From the human T2T-CHM13v2.0 reference genome, Homo sapiens, in NCBI RefSeq assembly GCF_009914755.1, contig NC_060936.1: a DNA stretch of 64,000 nt; one strand, 5' to 3'. How positions within the stretch are numbered: position 1 is the stretch's first letter; every line of letters begins with the position of its first letter. Made by a program: the position numbers and the translations under genes. The notes under the pieces are model-generated. The model did no database searches, was not told where the DNA came from, and saw nothing but the letters and a program-made list of their open reading frames with translations. This document shows positions 27,669 to 40,151 of the stretch, one piece after another.

Positions 27669-28084
27669 TAATTGTATTTTATATGTGCATTTATGTATGA
27701 TACAAAATATGTTTGCACTATATATTAGATATATTTATATTTATACATAAACACATAAATGTGTGTGTTTCCAGTCAGTTTGTTTGATACAGGATCCAAA
27801 CAAGATTTACACATTAAATTTAGTTTCTATGTCTAATTATCTTGTATTCTGTAGGTTCCCTCCTAGTACTCACTTTGTTTTTCTAGCAATTTATTAGTTG
27901 GGGAAAACAGATTATTTGTTCAAGTGTCTGCATTTTGGATTTTCATGATTGCATTACTGTGATGTCATTAAAATGCTCCTCCATTCTGTGTATATTATGT
28001 AAACTAGTAGTTATATTTGAGGCAATTAGATTTCTTCATTTGTTTGTTCATTTGTTTTACAAGAATACTTTCTAGTTGGAGAGT

Positions 28085-28680
28085 TGAATATTACCATATC
28101 TCAAAACTATGTATTTACTTCTTGACTTACTAACTCTACTTTAGAAATTTACCCTCAGGAAACACCCCCACCCCACCCATAATACAAAATAACATACATA
28201 GCAGAGACATCTCCAATAACAAAATATTTGGAACAACCTAAATGCCTGTGTTTAGGAAATTGATGAACTAGACCATGGTACCGCCACACAATGTACCATA
28301 AGTCATACAAAAAAGCAAAAACAAAGAGAAAAATGAAAATCTCTATGACCTAATATGGAACAATTTTCAGTATTTATTAAGTGAAAAAATTCAAGGGGCA
28401 AAATGATAGATAGAGTACACTACAGTTTGTATAAGAAAGCGTCATGTATATGTTTATACACTTATATGACTATTTTTACAAGAAAGAAATAAAGGATTGG
28501 TAAACCATCAGCTAAAGAAAATAGTTAACTATCTTTAGAGTGACAACTGGATGGGAGAGTAGACAAAGGGATGACTTCTCAGAATATACCTTTTGTAAAT
28601 ATAAAGTCTTTACTTTTGAGTCATGTAGATGTTTTACTTATTTAAACATGGTGCATGTAGACAAAAATAAAATTTAATTA
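28085..28680 (+). mobile_element. Old L1M (MC/ME) 3' fragment
   Basis: 'ttagaaatttaccc..acaacctaaatgcc..ttattaagtgaaaaaa..acttctcagaatatacctttt'. Confidence 0.6.
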
Positions 28681-30900
28681 AAAATGGTTGATGACAAATA
28701 ATTTCTCGTTACTACAGAAAGCTTTTCCTCATATCTATCCTTTCTCAAAACGCAATTTTACAACTAATGTATCTTTCACTGTGGATCCCCGAAAAGGAAC
28801 ATGTCACTTTAACTCTCTGCTTAGAGTTATCTAATAAAATTATAGGCTTAGGCAGCATTTTTTTGTGATTATAACCATAATTTAATTGATTTGTTTAGTG
28901 CTCAGAATATCTGAAAGTGATATTTTGACACAAGATGTGGGCTCGTATTTTACGAGTTGTTCAAAATTGAATTGACATGGTAGCATTCCTATAGGTCTGC
29001 TTTGAAAGAGAATATTAAAATCATACAGTTGAGAAGGTGGACACACAAAATAACTTGATCAAACATGCTGAAATGTTATATTTAAAATAATGTTTCAGGG
29101 GATCTCAAAACAAAAATATTTATAAATGGTGGCATTTATTATAACCTAAATTAGTAAGATGTTCCTTTATAAGCCTAAAATAGAAAATTGCTTCTCTCCT
29201 CTAGATGGTCAGTCTATTTTGCGGCTGTATTATGAAGTCATCTTTCTACAATTTTGAGAGCTGTTAAAAGCATTCTCAGATAATTTGGACGGGCAAGCAA
29301 GGAGAGTAATTTTTTCTTTGTAGGTGAATGTGGAAAAATAAATGGAAAGCTTAACAGTGATACCACAGAGCATATCTGCAAGGCCACATCAGAGAGGAGA
29401 AAGAACTGTTCCAATGTGGAGAGGGGTATTCAGTGTGCATATTGCTGACTGAGATGTTTCGAAATGTGCTTGAATGGCTTAGATTGTGGAACAAGTATGC
29501 TGCTCCAGAGGTGTCAAATTATTTCTCCTCAACTGGAAGAATCAGCACTTTAGTGCCATAATTCTCTAGACTTTGGCAAATGTCTTATCCATCATTGGTA
29601 TATATGCCCTGCAAAATGAGAGAATTTTTCAGTGATGTTATGTAAAAGTAGAACATTTGTTTCCTGATTTTACAAGGGGAGCGTGACTGTTTGCCTTTAT
29701 CTAACATTTAAATCATCAATGGAGGGGGCCCTGAAGTCTTGAAGGATTGGCAAGAAGATAGCAAGTCTTTCACATCCAGGAGTTTTATGGCACCTGGGTT
29801 CAGATAAGTGGCATCACCCATAGTTATTGTTCTCATGATGTTTTTTATAGACTCTAATACTACTTATGGCTTCCCTTCAAAGATTTTTTTGGCTTTCATG
29901 ATATGGCACAGTCTTGACTGTTTTCTCACTTCATTTCTCTTCTGTCTTTCTTGATTTTGTTGTATAAATCTTCATTCTCTTACCCCAGATTTTCTATTTT
30001 GTTTTATAAACTATTTAGTTTTTAAAAACACCTTTTCAGTTAATATTCCTGGGATTTCAGAGTATACCGTTATATCAAATGCAAATGGTGATAATTTTTA
30101 TCCCCTTTTCAAAAAGCGTATTTATCTTTTCTGCCCTATTTTTTTGCCAAGGCCTTATATAACAGTATTAATGGAGTTGAAAATTTGAAATTCCATATTT
30201 CTGATGCAGTGAGACCTTACATTTCCCACTGTGCTCCAGAAATTGCCTAGAGGTACAGTGAACTGTAGAATATCACAGAAGCCACTGGACCCAGTATCAC
30301 CACGGTCAGCTCCTACAGGTAGCCTAGGAGGAGGAGGAAAATTTGGAGAAATCATCAAAGACTTTTATCATCTACAGTTTGGAACTCTTCAGGGAGTTAT
30401 TCACGACTTTCCCAGGTGAACCAGAGAAGTCTCTTTTTTGGTAGGAGAGAGCCTTTTGAGGACATCGGTTGGCTGGGCTTCCTTGATACTGACATGTTCA
30501 GCCACAGGCAAGTTATAAAGGGCTCCCTCCTCTTGTGTGGATAATTGGATAAACCTCCCATTTTCTCTCTCCTGCCTGTTTACTCCATATTGTCTGAACT
30601 CTTCACTCCACATTTGGTTCTTGTCTCTATGTAGACACTTTGAAATTGATGCTTTGCTTCCTGAAATGCTTATCTGAGATGCTCTTTATAGTTCCTCTTT
30701 TGTCCTGTGTCTTGAGAGTTACCACTTTCTCTTCCCTAGGAAGGAAATGAAAATTGATCTTGTTTAGGAGCATAATCCCAGAGGGGTTTTGATTTGTTAA
30801 TATTCTAGTTAGATTTGAATCTATATTAATTAGAGATGGTGATCTATATATAGTTACTTTTACTATGGTTTAGAATAACTTAAACAGTATTTGAATTATG

Positions 30901-31100
30901 CAGTAGTATGGTGGTGTTTCAAGTAACCAGCTCTCAGGGCTGGGGGATATGGGTGAATTGCCCTAGTTGGTAGTGAATGCCAATTACTGTGGTGTAAACA
31001 CTTTCATCATAGCCGTCAATGTAATGTCACTGTACCTGGAGTTGGGAAAAGACACAATTAGCTCCTATCCACTGTTCTAAGAATCTCCAGCACATCCCTG
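30901..31100. mobile_element. MER63-like hAT MITE
   Basis: Degenerate TIRs 'cagtagtatggtgg' ... 'ctccagcacatccctg'. Confidence 0.45.
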
Positions 31101-31149
31101 GGATTATCAATTCTTTAATGATAAGAAGGTGTGAACCCAGCCACTTTCT

Positions 31150-31592
31150 TTACCAGAATATATTAGAAGATTTGCTAGTTGTTTACTACAGCCTTTTCTC
31201 TTCTCTCCCTGGCACACAGATGATTTTGCAGCTTCCTTTGCCTGCTGCCTTAAATGTGGCCCAAGACTGGGTTCTGGCCCAGAAATGTAGGCAGAATTTA
31301 TGTAAGTCATTTTTAAGGCTGGCCCATAAATAAACTTCCTATCTGATTCTTCATGTTCTTTTCTTCCATTGCCTTCCTGCCAAATGCAGAGGGTAGCAAA
31401 CATCTACCAGGGTCTAGAGAACGGCAGATCTAGTTTACAAGATGAAAGAGCAAGTGGCCCTGAAACATTGCTTGGGGGAGTTAATCACACCTGTTTAGAA
31501 TTGATGTAGCTAAGATATATACTTCCATTTACTAACGCACTGAGGTTTCTGGGTTTATCTCTTGTAATAAGTAAGTTACTCTGATTGGTACC
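31150..31592 (+). mobile_element. Old MaLR LTR (MLT1I/J-like)
   Basis: 'gactgggttctggcccagaaatgtaggcagaa..ggctggcccataaa..cactgaggtttctgggttt'. Confidence 0.6.
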
Positions 31593-31599
31593 ATGGCAA

Positions 31600-33350
31600 A
31601 GCTTATTAATTTATTTCATATGTCTTCCTTGGAAATTAATATATTCATGTTTCTACTTCATGACTTGATTTTGGTAATTTGGGTTTGCTAGAAAATCATT
31701 CATTTCCTTCTCGTTTACAAACTTGTGGCTGTAGAATAGAACATAATATTTGCTTTAAATCCTATTCTCATTTGATTTGTGTTTATGTATTGTTTTGTAT
31801 ACTACTTCAATTACATTATTGTATTTTTTGTTTTAATTGGTTTATTGGTTTTTTATAGATTTTATCCGTTTTCATTTTATTAGTTGTCTTCTACTCTTTT
31901 CAAAGAAGCTGCTTTAGAAATTTTGTGTGTGCTTCCTACTATTTTTGATTTTTTAAAAATTAATTTCACCTTTTAACTATATTAAATTTCTCTTACTGCT
32001 ATCTTACTCTTACTGTAATTTCATATACTATCTCTTAGTGAAATTTTATATAATTTTCATCAGAGAATGTGACCTGTAAAATCTCTAAGAAAAAAATTTC
32101 AGCCAAGTATCAGATTTTTATAATTTTTGTGAATGTTCATTGGATGCGGAAAAAGCTTATTCCCAATTTTTAGGGTACACACACACACGCGCGCGCGCGT
32201 GCACACACACACACATGCAAACACACACACTTTTGTTGATCAGATTACGTGTTGTCTGCTAGATCTATGAAAAAGTGATATTAAAATAGCCTGCAAGAAT
32301 GAAATTTTTAATCAAGTTATTTTTGAATTTCTAATAATTTTGGTTTTGTTGCACTTGGATTTATTTCTGACAAATCTCCTTCATAAATTTCACCCTTTAT
32401 CATTACACACCTCTCTTTTTGCTGTCTTTGAAGTGTTTAACCTTAAAGAAACAAGCAGACAGATCTGCTTTCTGTTTGCTTTTGCGCGTGGTTGCTTTAC
32501 TTATCTTAGTGTTTTCCCCGTTCTTTTATATCACTTAGATTTAAGAATGTTTCTCTTAAACAGTAGAAAGCTATCTTTTGTTTCTTTATTACATTTTGAG
32601 TATCTATGTCTTTCAGTAGGGTAATTCATACCACTGAGATACTTGGTTTATTCCAAATATATTAATTTATTACTATATTTTTAGTTTGTATCTCACTTAT
32701 ATTTTCTTCTTTTTATTCTTATTTGGTTGTTGTTATTAATTTAATTTTTTCTTCTTTTGCTACCTGTCAGCAGGAAGTAGGTTGTTGTTAAAAGTTACTA
32801 TTCATTTCTGTTTTCCCATTACCAGTTCAGAAGTTCTATTATGCTTTTCAATTCTGCTAATAGTTATCTTCTTATCCCTAAAATTCAAAAATATTCACCT
32901 ATTTCTCCTGTATTAAATAAGTATCAAATAGCAATATCATGACTCATAAAAATATGGTCTGCAAATTGAAAAAGCACAAAATCAGGATAATTTTTCTCTA
33001 CTATTTCTTTTATTATTGCCTTTCCATATTTTCTGTTTCTTTCATTCTTTCTGGAGATTTTACTATTTACATGATTGGCTACTTTGTTCTATTATATGTA
33101 TTTGCTTAGTGACCATCCCATTTTTAGTTTATTTATTGATACTTTTAATATAAAAATAAGGAATTATATTTTGTTATAGGAACTCCTTAAGTCTGCATAC
33201 TATTGTTATTATTTTTGCTAATATTATCGTCTGTCTCAAACAGCAATTCCGTTTCTTTAGAGGTTTCTCTAGTCTAGGTACTCTACTTGCTATTCTTACT
33301 TTTGAGTTTTGGGTCCCCTTATGCATGTCAACATTTACCTTTATCTACTC
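31600..33350 (-). mobile_element. Ancient L1M body fragments
   Basis: Extended T-rich antisense L1 texture ('ctagaaaatcattcatttcc', 'tttttgtgaatgttcat'). Confidence 0.5.
32175..32230. repeat. Compound (CA)n(CG)6(CA)n microsatellite
   Basis: Read directly; CG x6 at 32188-32199. Confidence 0.95.
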
Positions 33351-34059
33351 ATAGTTTGATTAATCTTGGGGTTCACATAAAGCCACTTGGGCCTACTAAA
33401 CAGTGACAAACAGATCTGAAGGAAGATTCAGCAGTCTGTGCTCTGGTGAAATGTCACACTGAGTAGTCAGTGAAAATGCTGAGCTGAGTCACCAGGGAAA
33501 AGCTGTCTGCCTCCATGCTTCTGTGACTCCAGAGTTATGACTCCCAGTTTCAGGGAGAGACATAGCTCTCTGGGGGTCTGTCTGATATAGCAAGTCTTTC
33601 TAGGAACACACACTTCAGGGCTGCATGGGTCTCTTGTGTATAGAGAGCTCCAATCCTTCTTCCTTGTCATTGGTTCTCTGGTTCCCATCTGCTCCAGAAG
33701 GAAATGAAGGGATGTGCTTCGGTAGAGATTATGGCCCAGCACATACTTTCCAGGCTCTGAACACCTTTTGGTACTACTGTTCCACTGGACAAATGGATCA
33801 GAGTTAGAAGAAGGAGTGGATCTATCAGAAGACTTCTCAGCAGAATTCTTTTATGTTTCTTGGTAGGGGAGTCTAGCTTATTTGTCCTGTTTTCTTTATT
33901 TTCCTTTTTATATATAAACAACGAGTTGTTTGCTTTCATCTTTTGGCATGACATGCAAAGTAAAAGTATTAAATTATGTTGGTGGTTGTATTTCAGCTTA
34001 ATGAATATGTATTTCATCCTTTATTTTTTCAAATTATTAAGATACCAGCTTTTGCTTCA

Positions 34060-34290
34060 AGGGAGCATGTCTAATGATCGGGTGGTCTTTGGAATCAGAT
34101 TCCTTGTGTTTGAATTTGATGTCCACTACTCACTAGCTGTGTGACTTTGTTAGCTTCCACATATATAAAATGAAGACATAACCTCATGGGGTTGCTATTT
34201 GAATTAAATGAAATAATATAGGTAAGGAACCTAGGGCAGTACTAGAACACTGTCTAGCACACAGTAAGAATTCAATATATATTATCAGTA
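34060..34290 (+). mobile_element. MIR SINE
   Basis: 'ctttggaatcaga..ccactactcactagctgtgtgactttg..aaaatgaagac..gaattaaatgaaataat..tagcacacagtaag'. Confidence 0.75.
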
Positions 34291-34605
34291 TCATTCTTAA
34301 TCGTAGTTTCACCATTATTTATTCTTCACTCATTGTTTTATTTGATGTTCGTGATTACCTCCACTCCTTTTTTATAGAAATGTTTTCTACAGGGAATGTT
34401 CTTTTAAAAAGTATTAAGTGAGGGACATATTTTACATGCACAAAACACTTTTGGTCATAAATCTAGTTCAGTAGAGATCCAGCACCAAGTGCTCATAGAA
34501 ACAACAAAGCAAGCATGCTTGCATTACAATATAACTACTTATTTCTAGTGGTGTAATTTATCACAACAGTGGATGATAATGGTAATAAGAATATGTATAA
34601 GGCGT

Positions 34606-34977
34606 TGATATGGTTTGGCTGTGTCCCCACCCAAATCTCATCTTGAATTGTAGTTCCCATAATTCCCACATGTCGTGGGAGGGACCCGGTGAGAGGTAAT
34701 TGAATCATGGGGGCGGTTACCCCCATGCTGTTCTCATGATAGTGAGTGAGTTCTAATGAGATCTGACGGTTTTATAAGGGGCTTTCCCCCTTTTGCTTAG
34801 CTCTTCTTGCTGCTGCCACGTGAAGCAGGACATGTTTGCTTCTCCTTCCACCATGGTTGTAAGTTTCCTGAGGCTTCCCCCGCCATGCTGAACTGTGAGT
34901 CAATTAAACCTCTTTCCTTTATAAACTACCCAGTCTTGGGTATGTCTTTATTAGCAGCGTGAGAATGGGCTAATACA
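34606..34977 (+). mobile_element. MaLR solo LTR THE1D-like
   Basis: TGATATGGTTTGGCTGTGTCCCCACCC ... TTTATTAGCAGCGTGAGAATGGGCTAATACA; degenerate 5-bp TSD ggcgt/gtcat. Confidence 0.9.
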
Positions 34978-35218
34978 GTCATTGTGATATGTAACTATTA
35001 TTGGTGATACAATTGGTGATTAGTTAGCAAAGCTAATTGTAATCTGTTGCTGGAATTCCTCAGTAATGTTTAAGTTTCATGGTTATAAATTGCAATGCCT
35101 CTCTGCTGCCTTCATTAGTGAGAATTTTGTAGAAAAAATGATTTAAATCCAGATTTTCTATTTAAATTATTGTTTTTATAATGTGTTTTTAAATAACCTA
35201 GGTTTCTTATAAATATAG

Positions 35219-35575
<357 letters not shown>

Positions 35576-36639
35576 TGATTTCATTTTCTGCTCAACTGAG
35601 ATGACTATTCAAATAATTTTCTTGGGAGAAGGTATATGTTATTACGTCCCTGAATCTGAAAACATCTTTCTATAACTTTCCACATTAATAATAATTCAAT
35701 CACATAAAATTGTGTTGTCAACTTTTTTTAATCTGGAAGCTTGTAGGTATTTATTCCTTTAAATTAAAAAAAATTCTAAAATTTATTTGTGTGTGGGATA
35801 CATCTTCTTTCTGCAACCTACTTCTCAATACTGCATGTAATTTTACATGAAACTCACAAATCTTTTTAATCTGCAGACTCAGATATTTGCATAACCAAGG
35901 GCATTTTTCTTACTTGCTATAATTTACTAGTTTCTTTTTCTACTGTTCTGTTCCTGTCTCTTCTGGAGTATCTATAATTCTTCAATGGGCTTACCTTCAT
36001 CTGTCTTTCATATATAACAACTGTGTTATCATTTTTATCTGAGAACTGCAACATCCCTTATAAATTCAAAATTTTTCTCTAATGTTTTTATGTCTTTGTT
36101 ACCTTGACTAAAACCAGGCTATTCCCTGAGGTCAAGTTCTCCCCAAGTCTTCTGATGTCTGACGTAAACAGTGTTTTTCTCTTACGTCCCACATACATCA
36201 AGGCCAGAAGGTGAAAGTAGGTGCTCTTCCTGCTTGCCATTACTTTCCAACAATTAATCTCCTTTTCTACTGAAACAAAAACTAAACCCAAAACAAGTCT
36301 AAGCAAGACTTATTCTTTGAAATGCATGCCATCCAGCTGCATTACTTTCCACTCCTGCTGGTTGCTGTATCTATTGACCCTTACTGGTCTCTCTCCTTTA
36401 TTGATTAAAAACATTAACTCCAGATTCAGATGCTCTAACCATTCTGTGATGAGTCTTTTTTGCTCTTGCTGCTTTCATGATTTTTTTTTCATCTTTGGCT
36501 TTTAGCAGTTTGACTCTGATGTGTCTACGAGTGGATCTCTGTATCCTACTTTGAGTTCATTGTACTTTTTATTGCTTTCATTAATGTTCTTCATTGAATT
36601 TGGAAAGTTTTTGGTCACTATTTCTCGAAATATTTACAT

Positions 36640-36965
36640 GTATTTATTTTTAACATTTAATTTAATTTTTAATTTTTTAAATAAAAAAATAGAAACGGAG
36701 TCTCACCATGTTACCCAGGCTGGTCTCAAACTCTTGGGCTCTAGAGATCCTCCCACCTTGGCTCAGGAGTTCGAGACAAGCCAGGCAACAAAGTGAAATC
36801 CCATCTCTACAAAAAATACAAAAAAATTACCCGGACATGGTGGCAGCTACTTGGAGCCAGAGGTGGGAGGATCGCTTGAGCCCAGGAAGTCAAGGCTGAA
36901 GTGAGCTCTGTTTGTGCCACTACACTCCAGCCTGGGTGACAAAGCAGGATTCTGTCCCCAAAAAA
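36640..36965. mobile_element. Head-to-head composite: FLAM/AluJ left arm (-, ~36640-36760) fused to AluJ (+, 36761-36965), both 5' ends missing
   Basis: Antisense 'gtctcaccatgttacccaggctggtctcaaactc..gatcctcccaccttgg' runs directly into sense 'gctcaggagttcgagac..gaggatcgcttgagcccagg'. Confidence 0.85.
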
Positions 36966-37814
36966 TTTTTTTTAAAGATTGTTTTTCACTATTTTCTCAG
37001 TGTGATGCCCAGTAGGCACTGAATCTGCAGATCTTAGGCACATATTTTCTCTTTTCAGATTGACTGGTTCTATGACTAAACTAAAGCCTCAGATGCAGTT
37101 ACAATGCTCCTTTGAACTACACAGAACATGAGAAACTTCACCTCCTGCACCAACTGTGCCTTCTCTTTATGCCCACTCTTGCAATATCTAATCTTAGGTG
37201 ACAAATTTTGCCAGGATATAAACTTTCTCTACCTGTGCACTTCCTTCAACTTCTTTCAGTGATGTCCAGGAATGTATGGGAGAGCAGAGAAATGGCAGTG
37301 ACTTTGCCTGATACAAAATTCCTACGCATTTGTCGAATGGGCTCCTATCTTTCTGAGTAGCACACACCCTGCTCCTCTGAATTGAGGCAAAATTTGTCTT
37401 ACCTTCTTTAGGGCCTTCTGCCGGGTTCTGAATCAGAGGGTGGAACCTATGTTCTGTAATCCAAGAACATGCATGCCATTCCATTCTCATTCAGTGGAAA
37501 CTCTCCCTGCATTTTGGCCTATGGCTTTTTCATGTTTTTTATTTACAGCACTGTCATCACTTTGACTTTTTGTTTAAATTCATGGATATTTTAATTTAGT
37601 GGGAAATTTGGAAAAGCCATATTAGACACAGTGTCTGCCAAAATTATAACTTGTAAACATTGGTCTCTTATTTTGTTTTTAATAAAAAGCTGTGATATTT
37701 GGAAGAGGACACCATCCTTTTGGACACATTCTGTACAGAATCTAGGTTTATGTTTACCAATTTTTTCCCATCTCCTTTTATTAGGACAAAGATATGAAGG
37801 AAATGGTATTTGCT

Positions 37815-38015
37815 GAATATTGAGTAGCTCATATATGACAGCTATGGCATGAAGCATTTTTACATATAGTTTTGTACTTGATCCTGACAAAAACCCTGCG
37901 TGTAGGTATTTTCCCATTTGAATGAGGAAACTAAGTCTTACAAAATGTAAGAACCTTTTCATAGAAGTGTGTGGTGAAAATGGAATTCAATCTAAATTCT
38001 TTTGTCTCCAAGCAT
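37815..38015 (-). mobile_element. MIR SINE
   Basis: 'gtaggtattttcccatttgaatgaggaaactaag..ggaattcaatct'. Confidence 0.6.
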
Positions 38016-38696
38016 TGAAGTCAGAAAAGTCAATTTCCCAGTTCCATGAACAACATTGTGTTATTTCTTCTGCTCCCACATGGATTGGTCTTGTCCTCTG
38101 TGTAGCAGGGCTTATGGGCACTGTGGGCATTTGAATTGTGATTTTACAAATGGAGTGGGCTCCGTGAAGGTGCTGTACTACATCTCTGGCTGAGGATAGC
38201 ATCACACAGATGAGCTCCATCCTGGATAGTCTCCAGTAGTACCACCTCCATTTGGACACAGTAAGGCTGTTGGCTAAGTTATCATTCTTGATGTAGATAT
38301 ATTTTGACAAATTCACATCTCAGAGCACAGCCTGGTATGGTCAGGTGGAGGCCTCCTTCTTAGCCTCCCATGTCTGGAAGGGCTTTACTACCTGCCTTTG
38401 TAGCATGGGGGTTCCTGCCCTCATCTGGCCTCCCACTCTCTTTAACATGATCGTTTCACCTTCTCAGGCTCCAATCAGGAGTCCTTCTGGATGCTGTTGT
38501 TCTCTTCTTCAGGAAGTTCTCTCTTAAGGTTCAATTCTAGTTTTCATCTCTTAGGTTTCTTTGGGTCTCAGTCACTTTCCTGACCTGGTAACCACTAAAA
38601 CCTCTCCCTCCTTTTCCAGACACATTTTTCCAAAATATTTAAATTGAGCCACATTTTAGCTATATGTTTTCCGTCGTTTTTAGAGAAAAAAAAATT

Positions 38697-39040
<344 letters not shown>

Positions 39041-39495
39041 TAAAACTTTCTGCAGTATTTCTGATTCCCAAGGTATTTGCACTACTTCTGTGTCAACATA
39101 AACTTCAAGTGAAGGTATCACATACATGTACTGACTTTCTTTAATGGTTTTTGGGCCTTTGTTTTAATGAGGATTTCAATCAGCTTTCCGTCTACCTTTT
39201 TAGTGCAGGTTAGATCTCTGGTGTGTATAGTAGTGGCCATCATTTCTTGTTATTTGTTTCATATAAAGTCCTCTAGTTTTCTGTGGGTAAAACTGCAATA
39301 CAAATCTCTAAGATTCACAGTGTAATTAGCACATGTGGATCAAAGTGGCACAAGTCACCCAATTTCTGGATCATTCCTGCCTCAGCTTAGGATGAAAGTC
39401 AATACTACAAATTCCAAGGTGAAAATCTTCTAATGGCTTATAGATCTGGCTGAAATACAGCAAAGGGCATTAGGCCATTCAACTCATTAATGTGT

Positions 39496-40151
39496 GGATT
39501 GGTAAACTTTTCTGTAAAGTGCCAGATGTTAAGTATTTTACGCTTGTGGACCATACGGTCTCTATTGCAACCACTCCACTCTGCCACTGTAGCGTGAAAA
39601 TAGTCTTAGACAACATACATAGTGAATCTTAGCTGTGTTAAAGTGAATTAAAATGGAGTCTAGGCCTGAAGAATCGCTGTGGGGACAAACCCAGTGAAGC
39701 CTCATAAGTGACCTTAGCTTTGCTTGATTTGCAAACAGAAGTGAAATGTAATTTGAGCTGTTTTTCTTGTAGTGCCTATATTAAGGAAAAACAGAACTTA
39801 AGCTCAATCAATCAGAAGCAGCCAACAAACTTATAATTCTACAACTAGGGACTTTCTAGTGGGACAGACCAGGCAAGGCAACTTTATAACTGTAATGAAA
39901 TATTTCCTTTGTGTGATTTCAACATTCATTCTATGAAAACCTGTCACTCAGTCTTCTTCAATGGAGCCCCTAGACCATTTCTGGTTTGAAGCTGCCCAAT
40001 TCATAAATCACCATTTGCTCAAATAAACTCTTTAAATTTTTATTGTGCCTCAGTTTATGTTTTAACAGCTGTGTTTCAGTAAAACTTTAATTTTTCACTA
40101 AAACACGCAGCAGGCCATAATAGGCCATGGGTCGTGGTTTGCTGACCCCTG
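39496..40151 (-). mobile_element. MER58A hAT MITE, split by an LTR
   Basis: 'aaacttttctgtaaag..ccatacggtctct..ctctgccactgtagcgtgaaa' resumes after the LTR and ends 'gtttgctgacccctg'. Confidence 0.8.
39636..40067 (+). mobile_element. ERV1 solo LTR (MER57-like)
   Basis: TGTTAAA...TTTAACA termini, AATAAA at ~40022, perfect 4-bp TSD gctg at 39632-39635 and 40068-40071. Confidence 0.75.

Larger units (their letters stand above)
24335..28060 (-). mobile_element. Old L1MC 3' fragment split by Tigger1 and L1PA7 insertions
   Basis: L1MC-type 3' sequence on both sides of the inserts ('tttcatccataaatatgtcagtatg', 'ttaatatcatcaaatatccag', 'caggatccaaacaag'). Confidence 0.55.
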
